Below are positions 18,002 through 27,532 of a stretch of DNA of 64,000 bases, in pieces. The notes under the pieces were generated by a model. The model worked only from the letters and a program-made list of their open reading frames with translations. It did no database searches and was not told the origin of the DNA. The DNA is taken from the IMG/VR virus record IMGVR_UViG_3300042280_000089, positions 3,188 through 67,187 of that record. One strand, given 5' to 3'. This DNA is from a virus. Its lineage: Duplodnaviria; Caudoviricetes. Both the position numbers and the translations under genes were made by a program. Numbering within the stretch: position 1 is the stretch's first letter; each line of letters starts with the position of its first letter.

Positions 18002-19124
18002 CATAAGTGAATCCTTCGTTTGAGTGAATAATCCAGATGATCGGGATGCCAGGATCCAGGTCATACACATGGAAATGCCCGTCTGTGAAGATCAGCATGA
18101 CTTGCGGTTTATGCTGTGCTGCCCAGTCAATCACTTGACGGATATTGGTACCACCGCGTCCTGTAAATTTGATTTGAGACACGGACTGATCCTGAGTGAG
18201 TTCGTGTACATCACGGATGCGTATGTCGAAATCAATCACGGTCAGCTTTTTGGGACGCAGGGACTGGTGGATATCGTTGATCTCAGACAGGAATGCCTGA
18301 AATTGCTGATCGGTGACAGAGCCAGATGTATCCACTGCAACGGCAATGGAATCCAATCCTTCTCCGTACAGCGTGGGTAGATAGACATCCGGCAGAAATC
18401 GACGGTTGACCCTTTTGAAGCTGTAATCCTCAGGTGCCATTGCGTGTAGATAGTTCTGCAGAATAGTGCGCCACGGCAGCTTCGGATTCAGCAGTTTCTG
18501 TAAGGCAATTTCGACTTCACCCGGAATGGTACCGGGCTTGTCTCCCTGCAGTTTGGATTGGGTCGCAGCCTTGACCAGGATTTGGGTAATTTCCTGCTCG
18601 GCCTGCTTCATGCCGTCCGATGTGCCATCACCGGCAGGCTCCATATCCACCTGAAAATCATCCGGTAGACCGTTCCCACTATCGTCGCCACTGGATTGAT
18701 CTGACGCACCATCGGGGAATTCCTGCTCCAGAATGGTATACACCTGTTCTGAAGACATGCCTCTGAACCGCTTGTCCCACAGGCCATTGGGCGGTAGCTC
18801 AAAGCCACGATCCAGCAGCATCAGATTGATGACATGATCAGTGGCCATGTTCCAGATGCGGAAATCACGATTGCTGATCCGCAGCATGTGCTGGTAAGCC
18901 ACATGACACACCTCATGTACCAGCAGACCTACCCGTTGGGGTTCTGTCAGTTTTTTGAACCATTCCGGGTTCACCTTCAGGAATTTTCCGTTGGTACAGG
19001 CCGTTGGAATGGCCTCGTCCCAGGAAAATTTGAGTGAAAACAGAATGGTCGAAAAGAACACAGAATCCGGTTTAGACATGACACCAACCTTTGCGCGGTT
19101 GATGATGCGGTCGAGTTCTTTCAT
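17970..19124 (-). CDS. N4 gp25-like metallopeptidase-vWA protein (DUF2201-like)
   Basis: HEVCH zincin motif; vWA MIDAS motif VAVDTSGSV and GRGGT, FTDG. Confidence 0.88.
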   Translation of the reverse strand: MKELDRIINRAKVGVMSKPDSVFFSTILFSLKFSWDEAIPTACTNGKFLKVNPEWFKKLTEPQRVGLLVHEVCHVAYQHMLRISNRDFRIWNMATDHVINLMLLDRGFELPPNGLWDKRFRGMSSEQVYTILEQEFPDGASDQSSGDDSGNGLPDDFQVDMEPAGDGTSDGMKQAEQEITQILVKAATQSKLQGDKPGTIPGEVEIALQKLLNPKLPWRTILQNYLHAMAPEDYSFKRVNRRFLPDVYLPTLYGEGLDSIAVAVDTSGSVTDQQFQAFLSEINDIHQSLRPKKLTVIDFDIRIRDVHELTQDQSVSQIKFTGRGGTNIRQVIDWAAQHKPQVMLIFTDGHFHVYDLDPGIPIIWIIHSNEGFTYGYGKVIEYPL

Positions 19125-19612
19125 GCGATGTCCTTGCAGTTGAGTAGTTGCTTAGCGAGATACCGCTTTCCGTATTCCGCTTGGTTATCCCAATCGGGTA
19201 CTTCGCACAGATCCGCCATGTACTGGGTTTCTTTACGGATGGCTGCCGCTAACGCATCGTCATCCGTATGGTCGGCAACCAACGATTTGAGCGTGTCATA
19301 GTCCAGTTGCAGCTCGTCATCGTAATAGCTCCTTTCGATGGCAGAACCATCGGGCAGAAACCGTAGAGAGTACGTTCCAGATGAGATGACTTCTCCAGTT
19401 TCCCAGTAACTGTCGTAGGCAATGCCTGCCTGCCTCAGCTCATCGAGAAATAGGAGATAGCCATTACTGACTTCGTAGAACATGAACTCCGCGACCCCAT
19501 CATCACGTACCCTGACGTCACCGGGTCTGAAGTACAGTTTCCGAGCAATACGTTCTGCTTCATTAGCGACGTCTTTAGGGACACAAAGGTAGGTTGTTAC
19601 ACGGTCGCTCAT
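19121..19612 (-). CDS. hypothetical protein
   Basis: SD GAGG before ATG 19612; lies between the AAA and vWA genes. Confidence 0.6.
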   Translation of the reverse strand: MSDRVTTYLCVPKDVANEAERIARKLYFRPGDVRVRDDGVAEFMFYEVSNGYLLFLDELRQAGIAYDSYWETGEVISSGTYSLRFLPDGSAIERSYYDDELQLDYDTLKSLVADHTDDDALAAAIRKETQYMADLCEVPDWDNQAEYGKRYLAKQLLNCKDIA

Positions 19613-19622
19613 AGGTGCCTCC

Positions 19623-21514
19623 TCAGAACAATTCCTGTGCATTTTTAGCGATCCACTTGCGTACAGCCGGGTTCTGGCTCAGTGCAGGATCGCGACCAAT
19701 CGCCGTGCGCAGGGTGATGATTTGGAATTCAACCGGCATCCGCTCCACGAACTGCATCAGCGGCTCGATGTTGTCTGCATTACAGGACGAGCCAATGGCG
19801 CCTGTGATGGCAAACTGAATGGAGGGTTCTTCCGGTACTTCGATACCGGTCGGGTTGCTGACGATCTGTTCGATGCTCGGCAGATCCTGGAAAATCTGAC
19901 AGAACTCGAAGAACTCGTAAGCAGTCCCTTGTGAGATGGTGCCTGCCAGCAGCGGCAGTTTGCTGTGCGGGATAGCATCCCACTGCTTGATCAGACGTGA
20001 CGTGAATTCCCATGTGCGGGCACAGGGGAACGTCTTGTCATTATGATCCGGGTTGAACTGGTGCAGGTGTTCCGGTCGCCACTGAATGTACGAAATGACA
20101 CGATGATCAATGCCATTCTTGGCAGCCCATTTCAGCCAGGATTCGTGATCAGCTTCCAGCTGCAGGTGGACCAGTCGAGACTGCATCGCTGTGCTGATGC
20201 GGTTGACGATGGCGTTGTCGGTATCCAGGTTGCCAGCACAAACAATGGCTACTTTGTCATGCAGCTTGTGCTGACCAACCTGGCGATCCAGTACGAGCTT
20301 GTACCTTGGTGTTCAACGAGGGTCGTTAATCCTCGCCCGTGATGCTTGGATCAAAGCATCACTGCTGCATATTTCTATGCAGAGCAGACCATATCAACCT
20401 CTCCACCATAACGTGCTGAGAGGGTCACCGTTTCGACTCACTTGAGCCTACACCTTGCCAAAGGTTGGTCGTTGGGCATTTAAGGGAAGTTACGGATACG
20501 TTGAGTATCTCCTATTTCGTCAAGTAGATAATCTACATAACGCGCAGCTTCTTCTTCTGTATGGAAAGTTTTCCAACCATAACTGGATTTTCCGTTATGG
20601 CGAATAGATGCTGCCCATCGTTTGACGGCTTTAGGGTTTTTAACGTAGGTAACATTTCTGAATCTTGATTTGCCTTGTTTTGGAGCTAATCCAGTTGCTA
20701 CAGCATGAATCTGATTGTGCGATGGATTAGATACCTCAAGGTTACTGACAGCGTTATTTAGTTTGTTTCCGTCAATATGATTCAGTTCTGTACCTTTTAC
20801 GAAACCTGGAATAAAAGTCATTGCTACCAGTTGGTGTACTGTGTATGTCTTGGGGCTTTTAGTGCCTTGTGACAAAGCAATGATGGCGTATCCCTTATAA
20901 TTGAGCTGCTGTTTGAGCAGCTTGCCTTTCATCAATCGAGTACCGCCTTTGCATTTCACTCTTCGTGTAATGCTACGAACTCTTCCTAAAGAAGAAATTT
21001 CGTATTTTTCGGAGTACCCAGGGATCGCTTTCCAGATTTCGCCCATAACTTCACCTATTTAGCAACGGGTTGTCTTCTGGCTTGTATTGTATTACAAGCT
21101 GGTCAGAGTTTCCCGTTTTAGGTGACTTTAGACATGGGATTTCTCCCATGAATGCCTATGGTGTTAAGCGGCGGCTTGCACTGCCATCGGGGCTGAGTTG
21201 AATTCATCGAGGAACAGCAGCCATCCTTGCTTGCCTTGCGGCACTTCATCCGTTGACAGCGGGAAGGTGCTCATCGGAGCATAGCTGGCTTTATCTGATG
21301 AGTTGTCGATGCGGGGGAACCCTAAAAGGTCAGTCGGGTCACACTGGCTCAAGCGCATGTCAATGACTTCCAGCCCGTATTCATTGGCCAGCTGATGGAC
21401 GATGGATGACTTGCCGATGCCTGGTGAACCGGTCAGAAACGGAACCAGTTTGGCGCGCAGACAATCGGTGATCAGTTCGTAGGCAGCTTCGGAATTAACA
21501 GTGAGAGTGCTCAT
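19623..21514 (-). CDS. N4 gp24-like MoxR-type AAA ATPase, intron-split: exon1 21514-21167, exon2 20303-19623 (342 aa spliced)
   Basis: Walker A GSPGIGKS and Walker B LLFLDEF in exon1; splicing restores AVQAAA|YKLVLDR; exon2 has AGN..TDNA and SRLVH. Confidence 0.9.
20304..21166 (-). mobile_element. group I intron (863 nt) in the gp24-like AAA gene
   Basis: Exon ends GCU and pairs with GGC; P AAAACGGGAAAC, Q ACAACCCGTTGC, R CCCAACGACCA, S TTGATATGGTCTG; terminal G at 20304. Confidence 0.9.
20480..21046 (-). CDS. intron-encoded NUMOD4-HNH homing endonuclease with AP2-like C-terminus
   Basis: EIWKAIPGY..YEISSLGRVRS (NUMOD4); NHIDGNKLNNAVSNLE (HNH); KSRFRNV...W.ASI...F.TEEEAA (AP2-like). Confidence 0.9.
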   Translation of the reverse strand: MGEIWKAIPGYSEKYEISSLGRVRSITRRVKCKGGTRLMKGKLLKQQLNYKGYAIIALSQGTKSPKTYTVHQLVAMTFIPGFVKGTELNHIDGNKLNNAVSNLEVSNPSHNQIHAVATGLAPKQGKSRFRNVTYVKNPKAVKRWAASIRHNGKSSYGWKTFHTEEEAARYVDYLLDEIGDTQRIRNFP

Positions 21515-21569
21515 AAGGAATTCCTTTTATTAAACAGGAGGAGTGAATAGGGGATAGACTGAAAAAGGT

Positions 21570-21746
21570 TTACCAGTCGACAACGTAAAAAACGGCTCGA
21601 CCTTCTTCAATCAGATTCATTAAATTCGGGATGATGTGCTTTTTAAGCACACGCTCTTGTTTGATGTAACCAGTACTGCTAGGCCAGTTATCTGCCTTTT
21701 TCTCTTTGGTTCGCGTGTCAACGAACCAGCCTTGCACCAGTCCCAT
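21570..21746 (-). CDS. hypothetical protein (58 aa, not in the ORF track)
   Basis: Manual translation MGLVQGWFVDTRTKEKK...FYVVDW. Confidence 0.4.
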   Translation of the reverse strand: MGLVQGWFVDTRTKEKKADNWPSSTGYIKQERVLKKHIIPNLMNLIEEGRAVFYVVDW

Positions 21747-21765
21747 AACTAAATCTCTTTCTGGT

Positions 21766-22269
21766 TTAACCAGTTAGGATTTTGTTTAATGCCGATTGGT
21801 TTTGGAGGAGATCGTTTGTCGATAGTTGTTTAACAAGACTATCTACTGTTTTTTCAGTTATATCCTCTATGGCTGCATTAAGTTTTCTTCTAAGAGTGTT
21901 TTCGAACTGTTTTTCAATTCCCTGCATTAAAGATTGGGCGATAGCTTTTTTAGGCAGTCTTTTAATGCCGGTAATGATCAGATTGTCTGCCCATTCTTTA
22001 AATGCTTGCTCTACCTTACTATTAATGTACTGCTGGGCAGCAGATGCCTTTTGATTATTTTGAAGTTCCCAACGCCCCCACCGGTTATCAAAACCCAGCA
22101 GACTCAATGCTGCGCTTTTAAGATCTTCGTTCAGTATTTCATGCACTCTTTCTTTTATGTCTTCATCAGAATGCCGATCCATCCATTCAGCAACAGCTTC
22201 TTGCTGAATTGAGAGAATATATGCTTTGAGTTCGTCAAATGTTTTAGGTACGGGCTTTGTATTGCGCAT
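21766..22269 (-). CDS. hypothetical protein
   Basis: 167-aa ORF, AT-rich. Confidence 0.65.
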   Translation of the reverse strand: MRNTKPVPKTFDELKAYILSIQQEAVAEWMDRHSDEDIKERVHEILNEDLKSAALSLLGFDNRWGRWELQNNQKASAAQQYINSKVEQAFKEWADNLIITGIKRLPKKAIAQSLMQGIEKQFENTLRRKLNAAIEDITEKTVDSLVKQLSTNDLLQNQSALNKILTG

Positions 22270-22456
22270 ATTGAACCTTTTTAATCAACTCGTTAATCAG
22301 TGTGTTGTGGTAAATGGCCAGGGCACTATGGACTTGGTTACTCGGGACATCCAAAAGAATGTGCATATCAATATAGTGCTTGGCTTCCTCCAGACTATCT
22401 TTTGTCTGGAAGGTACTCAGTTTCTGTTCTTCCAGTGTTTCAATGAGTGATGTCAT
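22244..22456 (-). CDS. hypothetical protein
   Basis: 70-aa ORF; resembles small N4-like middle proteins (ALAIYHNTLI). Confidence 0.55.
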   Translation of the reverse strand: MTSLIETLEEQKLSTFQTKDSLEEAKHYIDMHILLDVPSNQVHSALAIYHNTLINELIKKVQYAQYKART

Positions 22457-22469
22457 GTACTGTCTTTAG

Positions 22470-22510
22470 AAAAAAAAAACCTCCTACCTGACAAGCAGAT
22501 AGGAGGGGTT
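22470..22510 (-). terminator. intrinsic terminator downstream of RNAP2
   Basis: CCTCCTA-type stem followed by a 9-U tract on the minus strand. Confidence 0.7.
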
Positions 22511-22652
22511 GAAGGGGGAACTTAGGATATCGGCTGTATATAGCCAAAAATGTGAGAAACAGGCTATTTAGAATACCGTTACTGTAAATCAGGTAATCTA
22601 TAGCCTGACACCCGGAGCGGGTGCCGGAGGCACCCTTTGTCCAAGGCGTTGC

Positions 22653-23873
22653 TTATGACAGGGCGTAATTGCTGTTGCGGATCTTGTGTGCGATGTCTCC
22701 GTATTTCTGCAGGCGGACAGGCTTATTGAACAGCTGAGTCAGAATGTAATCCAGCAGATCGCTTTCAGCCAGTTCTGCCAGCATCTCTTTGTACCAGTAC
22801 CGGACATGATTCATGTAGTTCGGATGGCACTTGAAGCAGTCATGTACGCAGATGATCGGGAAGGGCTTGTAATCGAGCATGGTCAGCAGAATCTCTTTCA
22901 GCTTCTTGAGATAGCTGGGAGCACACTGATCCAGTCGATCAAACCAGTCTTCTGCATAGCGGACAGTTACGAAGGTTGTGTTGGGCTTACCGTTGTCTTC
23001 CTTCTCATTCAGCAGCTCGTCGATGCGAGCAAGGGCTTTGTGAACCTGTTCGGGATCGTAGTTGCAACGGCGGTTCATCTCGCGTACCAACATACCATCG
23101 ATGCTGTGTACGACGTTCGCCGCATTCGAAAGACCATCACGCTGTTCTTCCCCTGTCTTGGCTTCATAGGCATTGGTGCTGATGTTCTCGTAGAAGCGGT
23201 GCGTAAAGCTGGCATGATCCAGTTCATCCACTTCAATGCGAATATCGACCGGATAGGTCACTTTGCACCGTGCATGGAAGCCATCAGGCATTGACCATTC
23301 ATGCTGCAGGGCATCCCGATTCCAGGTGCTGAGAAGGATTTCCATCAGCTCACTGGCCCCAGGTGCCAGTTCCCACAGCATGGTATAGAACGCCTGAAGT
23401 TCATCAGTACCTTCACCGAACAGTTCAATGGGTTTTGCCTTTGACCCATAAAAATGGGTCATCATGGCAGCCTTGGTGTCTTTGCGTGAGACATCGACAC
23501 TGTTGCCCAGCAGCTTTGCCATGTACTGGGTACCGTCAGTATACGCATCCGCACGCCGATCAGGATCGATCAGGCCGGTCAGATCGCAAGTCTTCTCGCA
23601 GTTCATCAGGGCACCCATGATCTGCATACCGGAGCTGCACGCATCGAATGCCACCATGTACCCACTGGCCTCGCCTCGATGCGCTGCGCGAATGGTGTTG
23701 ACGGCTTTGATATACAGGATTGGCTCATCAGCCTCATCCATCAGGTCTTCCAGATGATCGAAGTGGTCTTTGACCCACTGGATACGGTCACTGAACAATT
23801 CCTTGTCCAGTCCGTAGTGGTTTGCGCAGTCGATCAGCAGGTATTCGTAACCAGTGAAGAGTTGCATGGTCAT
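22653..23873 (-). CDS. RNA polymerase II subunit 2 (N4 gp16-like)
   Basis: T7-like motif A FDACSSGMQ, motif B RKDTKAAMMTHFYGS, motif C VHDCF. Confidence 0.93.
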   Translation of the reverse strand: MTMQLFTGYEYLLIDCANHYGLDKELFSDRIQWVKDHFDHLEDLMDEADEPILYIKAVNTIRAAHRGEASGYMVAFDACSSGMQIMGALMNCEKTCDLTGLIDPDRRADAYTDGTQYMAKLLGNSVDVSRKDTKAAMMTHFYGSKAKPIELFGEGTDELQAFYTMLWELAPGASELMEILLSTWNRDALQHEWSMPDGFHARCKVTYPVDIRIEVDELDHASFTHRFYENISTNAYEAKTGEEQRDGLSNAANVVHSIDGMLVREMNRRCNYDPEQVHKALARIDELLNEKEDNGKPNTTFVTVRYAEDWFDRLDQCAPSYLKKLKEILLTMLDYKPFPIICVHDCFKCHPNYMNHVRYWYKEMLAELAESDLLDYILTQLFNKPVRLQKYGDIAHKIRNSNYALS

Positions 23874-24100
23874 GCGTCCTTATCCTGTTGAATGAGTTTA
23901 AGTAACTGAGCCTCTTTGAGATGGGCTTCCAGTTGATTCAGATGTTCTTGAATGGCAGGTCGGCTAATCGGTGAAGTGGTTTTGTACAGGTATGTGAAGA
24001 AGTTAATTTCTTGCTGGATTGCCTCTATTTGATCCTCTAAAGGGACATCATCACCGATTAGCGAACAAAGATTCTTTGGGTGGTGTGTACCGCTAGACAT
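23870..24100 (-). CDS. hypothetical protein
   Basis: 76-aa ORF coupled to RNAP2. Confidence 0.55.
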   Translation of the reverse strand: MSSGTHHPKNLCSLIGDDVPLEDQIEAIQQEINFFTYLYKTTSPISRPAIQEHLNQLEAHLKEAQLLKLIQQDKDA

Positions 24101-24464
24101 GTCGTTTCTCTCTTGGTTTCATGGGTGGAAGGCCCAATACCAGACGTTGCATCGCACGCTGTTGCATTCGCTCTTCTAAAGAACAGAATTGGTGTGTCAC
24201 GGGATCCCGTTCCATTTCATCTTGTCGAGCCAGTAATTCGTTATTGAATTCTTCTACCCAGAAGTCTTGGAAATGCGTCCATCACGTATGTGCACCAAAG
24301 CACCCATTTTTATACTGGTTCAGTATGTTCTGGATGTGGCGTGTTTCCATTGAATACAACGGATGCTCTGTCCTGTCTGCACTAATCCAATAGGGTTCAT
24401 ATGGGCTGGTAGTTGGATCATATGCGCGCATAGCTGCTCCTATGGCGTACCTGATCCAATCCAT
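24093..24464 (-). pseudogene. hypothetical gene with an in-frame TGA at 24282-24284
   Basis: A 60-codon ORF continues in frame for 62 more sense codons to TAG 24093, which overlaps the next start. Confidence 0.5.
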
Positions 24465-25474
24465 TAATCAGGCACACCTTGAATCACTTCCTTCTCATAC
24501 AGATCCACAATGGCTTTGCGGAAACTGTTGCCTTGAGTATTGACGTGATATCCGCGTGCGTAGGTACGGCCACGCTTGTCTACGCCGTGCGTCAACCAGA
24601 ACTGGTTGCCTTGCTTGACCAGATCGACGTAGACCTTGTAGGAATCACGAACCATCGTTTCCCACTTTTCCTGTCGATCCTTCAGCTCAACTTCCCAGCT
24701 CATACCGGGATTCCTGGCTTGCCACTTGGCACGCTTCTCCGGGGAGTCGAAGTCAACAGGCGGTTCGCTGTAACGCTTCAGCAGTTCAACATCCAGTGTC
24801 AGCGGCACCTGGTTAAACTTGTTCAGGCTATCGAGGCAGATGTCACCTTCATGGAAGTTGTCACTGCCCAGAATCAGTGATTCCTTCTTGGCCAGATAGC
24901 CTGAGTCGTAGTTGGAGCGGACTTGACGTGGCCGACAGATCATCGGCGGCAGGAATTTGACCTGCTCGATGAGACGTACCAAGTGCTCGGGCAGCTCGTA
25001 GTTACAGACGATCTGCAGCGAGTCGTACTTTTCCTGTTTGTAGATGGTGTACGCATCCAGTTCCTGCAGAACAGCCAGTATCTCCGCAGCTGTCTTGATG
25101 CCATCGGCCTTGTTACTGAAGCCGAGGCTAACTGCCACTTGCCCAACGACATTGGTAAACAACATCGGAGTCTGCACAGGCAGAACAGTGATCAGGATGT
25201 CTTTGACCAGTTCTGTAAAGCTCAGATCAGCCAACAGCTGAACACGTCGCTGCTTGGATGCGTAATACTTCGGCGCCTTATCCACGTATGCCTGCAGCAG
25301 ATCAGTGCCCTGCTGGATCAGCTCATCCATACCCGGCGTCTCATCGATCTCTTTGCGGATCGCTTTACGCACGTTGGTTTTAGAGTAGACGCGTTCAACC
25401 GCTAACTGTGCGTCCACAGCGTTGATCATAGGTGCTTGCATGAGACAGTTCCTATAGCTTTGTGAGAGAGGCAT
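24464..25474 (-). CDS. RNA polymerase II subunit 1 (N4 gp15-like)
   Basis: LPPMICRP and DKRGRTYARGYHVNTQG (DxRGR) motifs. Confidence 0.92.
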   Translation of the reverse strand: MPLSQSYRNCLMQAPMINAVDAQLAVERVYSKTNVRKAIRKEIDETPGMDELIQQGTDLLQAYVDKAPKYYASKQRRVQLLADLSFTELVKDILITVLPVQTPMLFTNVVGQVAVSLGFSNKADGIKTAAEILAVLQELDAYTIYKQEKYDSLQIVCNYELPEHLVRLIEQVKFLPPMICRPRQVRSNYDSGYLAKKESLILGSDNFHEGDICLDSLNKFNQVPLTLDVELLKRYSEPPVDFDSPEKRAKWQARNPGMSWEVELKDRQEKWETMVRDSYKVYVDLVKQGNQFWLTHGVDKRGRTYARGYHVNTQGNSFRKAIVDLYEKEVIQGVPD

Positions 25475-25696
25475 TCTGGTGCGAGGAAGGGAAATGGAAG
25501 GGGTAAATCTAAAATCGCTTAGACAGCGATCTGAAGCCCTGAATCAATATCTCGATAATCATCCCATTCTGTCTTTTCGTACTCGATTTCGTCGAGTTCT
25601 ATCGGTGCCCAGTAAAGATCATCGATCTGATCAAACAGGATCTGGTCGATTTCAAAAATCTCATCGTCGAATTCACAAAAAGGCATGACGTAATCC

Positions 25697-25930
25697 TCAC
25701 TCTTTCACAAGATTCTGTAACTTGATAATGGAAAGCACGTCATTCAGTTCTTCTAAAAATTTCTTGTAATTGTCTTCGGAATGTACAGGGCATTCATGAC
25801 ACGGAACTCTAATACAATTAGATTCGTCACATAACGGTGAAAGGGAATTATCCGACGCGTTATAGAAGGCGCCTCTTAACAGATTTGGATCAGTCTGATT
25901 GAGTATTTCGATGAATCTTTCAAGGTGCAT
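25697..25930 (-). CDS. hypothetical protein
   Basis: 77-aa ORF with a CxxxxCxxC cluster. Confidence 0.5.
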   Translation of the reverse strand: MHLERFIEILNQTDPNLLRGAFYNASDNSLSPLCDESNCIRVPCHECPVHSEDNYKKFLEELNDVLSIIKLQNLVKE

Positions 25931-25936
25931 AAATAA

Positions 25937-26110
25937 TTACTCCACGTATTGATTACAGACACCTTGTTTAACAAGTCCTGCATAATCAGGATGTATTCGG
26001 TCGAAGTAATTTTGACAGTAAACAGCTTCTGCCATGACTTCATCGGTATAAGTAATGGATGACACGAGGACATACAGTCCTACTGCAATCAGAAGAAGGA
26101 GTATGCGCAT
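25937..26110 (-). CDS. small membrane or secreted protein
   Basis: Hydrophobic N-terminus MRILLLLIAVGLYVLVSS. Confidence 0.55.
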   Translation of the reverse strand: MRILLLLIAVGLYVLVSSITYTDEVMAEAVYCQNYFDRIHPDYAGLVKQGVCNQYVE

Positions 26111-26246
26111 AGGAATACCTTTTGTAATGGGAGAAGACCGCACGGAGGTGCGGCTATGAACAAGAAGAGGTTATTTAGAATCAAGGCACAGAATGAATGA
26201 CTATTCCTATGCCCTGATTCTGTGAAAGTGGAAGATATATAATCAC

Positions 26247-26666
26247 TTAGAAGGTATTTCCGTAGTTAATCACTACGCCTTCTAATCCCTTCGCATCTGC
26301 TAGATCGATCATGTGCTTGGTGCCTTTACTGATTCCATCCCAGAACACCATCGCATGGGTTGCCTTGCTGGCCATTAGCTCATTGCGCTTATAGCCTGCA
26401 CTTTTCCCGAAGCGATCCCAGTCAGCCGGATACCTTTCCAGCTTCAATCCGTATTCCTGTGCGAAGCGTTCACCTAACCGATCCGCTCCACGGGCTGTAC
26501 CACTGATGATGGTGATGTTCTCAGTGCTGTCCGTAACCGATTCCAGATAAGCCTTCAGCTCTCTCTCCAGTAATGCATAATCACTGAAGTCTCTGGATCC
26601 GGCTACGATAATGCGGATCTCTTTTGCCTGGTTCATTGTCTCTGGCTCCTTTGGTATAGCTTCCAC
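26247..26666 (-). CDS. SLOG/YspA-family (DUF2493) protein
   Basis: IIVAGSRDF, IISGTARGAD, YPADW...AGYKRN, FWDGISKGTKHMI. Confidence 0.88.
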   Translation of the reverse strand: MEAIPKEPETMNQAKEIRIIVAGSRDFSDYALLERELKAYLESVTDSTENITIISGTARGADRLGERFAQEYGLKLERYPADWDRFGKSAGYKRNELMASKATHAMVFWDGISKGTKHMIDLADAKGLEGVVINYGNTF

Positions 26667-26746
26667 CTTGGTTTTAACTACGACAAACGAAATACGGAAT
26701 TACGGTAGCCGCAGAAAGGGAACAAACACATCCAACCACAACACCA

Positions 26747-26766
26747 CCCACACACGACCGAAGGTC
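26747..26766 (-). promoter_or_regulatory. candidate vRNAP hairpin promoter 4
   Basis: Plus (template) strand CCCAC-ACAC-GACC-GAA-GGTC. Confidence 0.7.
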
Positions 26767-26814
26767 ATTCAACAACGAGACTATCTGTCCGATAAAAATA
26801 ACTATCATTGGATT

Positions 26815-26856
26815 AAAAAAAAGAAATCCCCCAGTACCCGAAGGCACTGAGGGATT
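26815..26856 (-). terminator. terminator with cUUCGg loop after the gp2-like gene
   Basis: CCCUCAGUGCC-UUCG-GGUACUGGGG stem-loop plus U tract. Confidence 0.8.
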
Positions 26857-26861
26857 GATAC

Positions 26862-27128
26862 TCAAGAACGAGTAGCGAAGGTGATCGGACCTTCCCGTTC
26901 CTGAACGATGTGCAGGTCGCACTCAAGGATCAGGTTATCGAGTGAACCGTGCTCGATAAGTGCCTGATGCACTTCCTTGCTCTTCAGGAGCGGAATACCA
27001 CCCAGCTGGACAGACCGACCATTGTCCAGCTGGATTGATACATTCAGGAATGCTGCTGCTTTTTCGAAGCCACGAACGTTGTTGTTAGCAAATTCCTGAG
27101 TCAGATTTTCGTTACGCTTAGCCAGCAT
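26862..27128 (-). CDS. N4 gp2-like ssDNA-binding transcription activator (short form)
   Basis: KAAAFLNV...LGGIPL resembles the gp2 KAxFWLNI...GIPL pattern; located in the early region. Confidence 0.5.
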   Translation of the reverse strand: MLAKRNENLTQEFANNNVRGFEKAAAFLNVSIQLDNGRSVQLGGIPLLKSKEVHQALIEHGSLDNLILECDLHIVQEREGPITFATRS

Positions 27129-27170
27129 GATGCACCTCACTAGTTGAAAAAAACGAGAATGGGAATTATT

Positions 27171-27191
27171 CCCACCCCTCCGCGAAGCGGA
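27171..27191 (-). promoter_or_regulatory. candidate vRNAP hairpin promoter 3
   Basis: Template CCCAC-CCC-TCCGC-GAA-GCGGA. Confidence 0.8.
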
Positions 27192-27301
27192 AAATGTTTA
27201 GGAATTTTTCCTAGATACGCAGATTGAATCCGATGGTAGGCTGACGCCCGTGTGGTGTCGGGTCGTGCCGTGTGGTGTGATGTTGGCACTGACCTATCCA
27301 G

Positions 27302-27331
27302 AAAAAACAAAGGCTACCCGAAGGTAGCCTT
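27302..27331 (-). terminator. terminator with cUUCGg loop
   Basis: AAGGCUACC-UUCG-GGUAGCCUU plus U tract. Confidence 0.85.
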
Positions 27332-27338
27332 ACGTTAT

Positions 27339-27485
27339 TCAATCGTACTGAATGTTGTATTCAATACGTTCTTCATCCAGTCGCTCAGTCAGTCGAGTCA
27401 GGCGCTGAAATGTACCTTCAGCATCAGCTCGACCACGTGCGACTTCTACCCAAGTACCACGAATAAATGCGTACAGATGGAACAT
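27339..27485 (-). CDS. 48-aa early protein (not in the ORF track)
   Basis: MFHLYAFIRGTWVEVARG...IQYD with SD GAGGAGG, between a hairpin promoter and a terminator. Confidence 0.75.
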   Translation of the reverse strand: MFHLYAFIRGTWVEVARGRADAEGTFQRLTRLTERLDEERIEYNIQYD

Positions 27486-27512
27486 GTCGAATCCTCCTCA
27501 CGAATTAAATAT

Positions 27513-27532
27513 TCCACCCATACGCGAAGCGT
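27513..27532 (-). promoter_or_regulatory. candidate vRNAP hairpin promoter 2
   Basis: Template TCCAC-CCAT-ACGC-GAA-GCGT. Confidence 0.8.
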
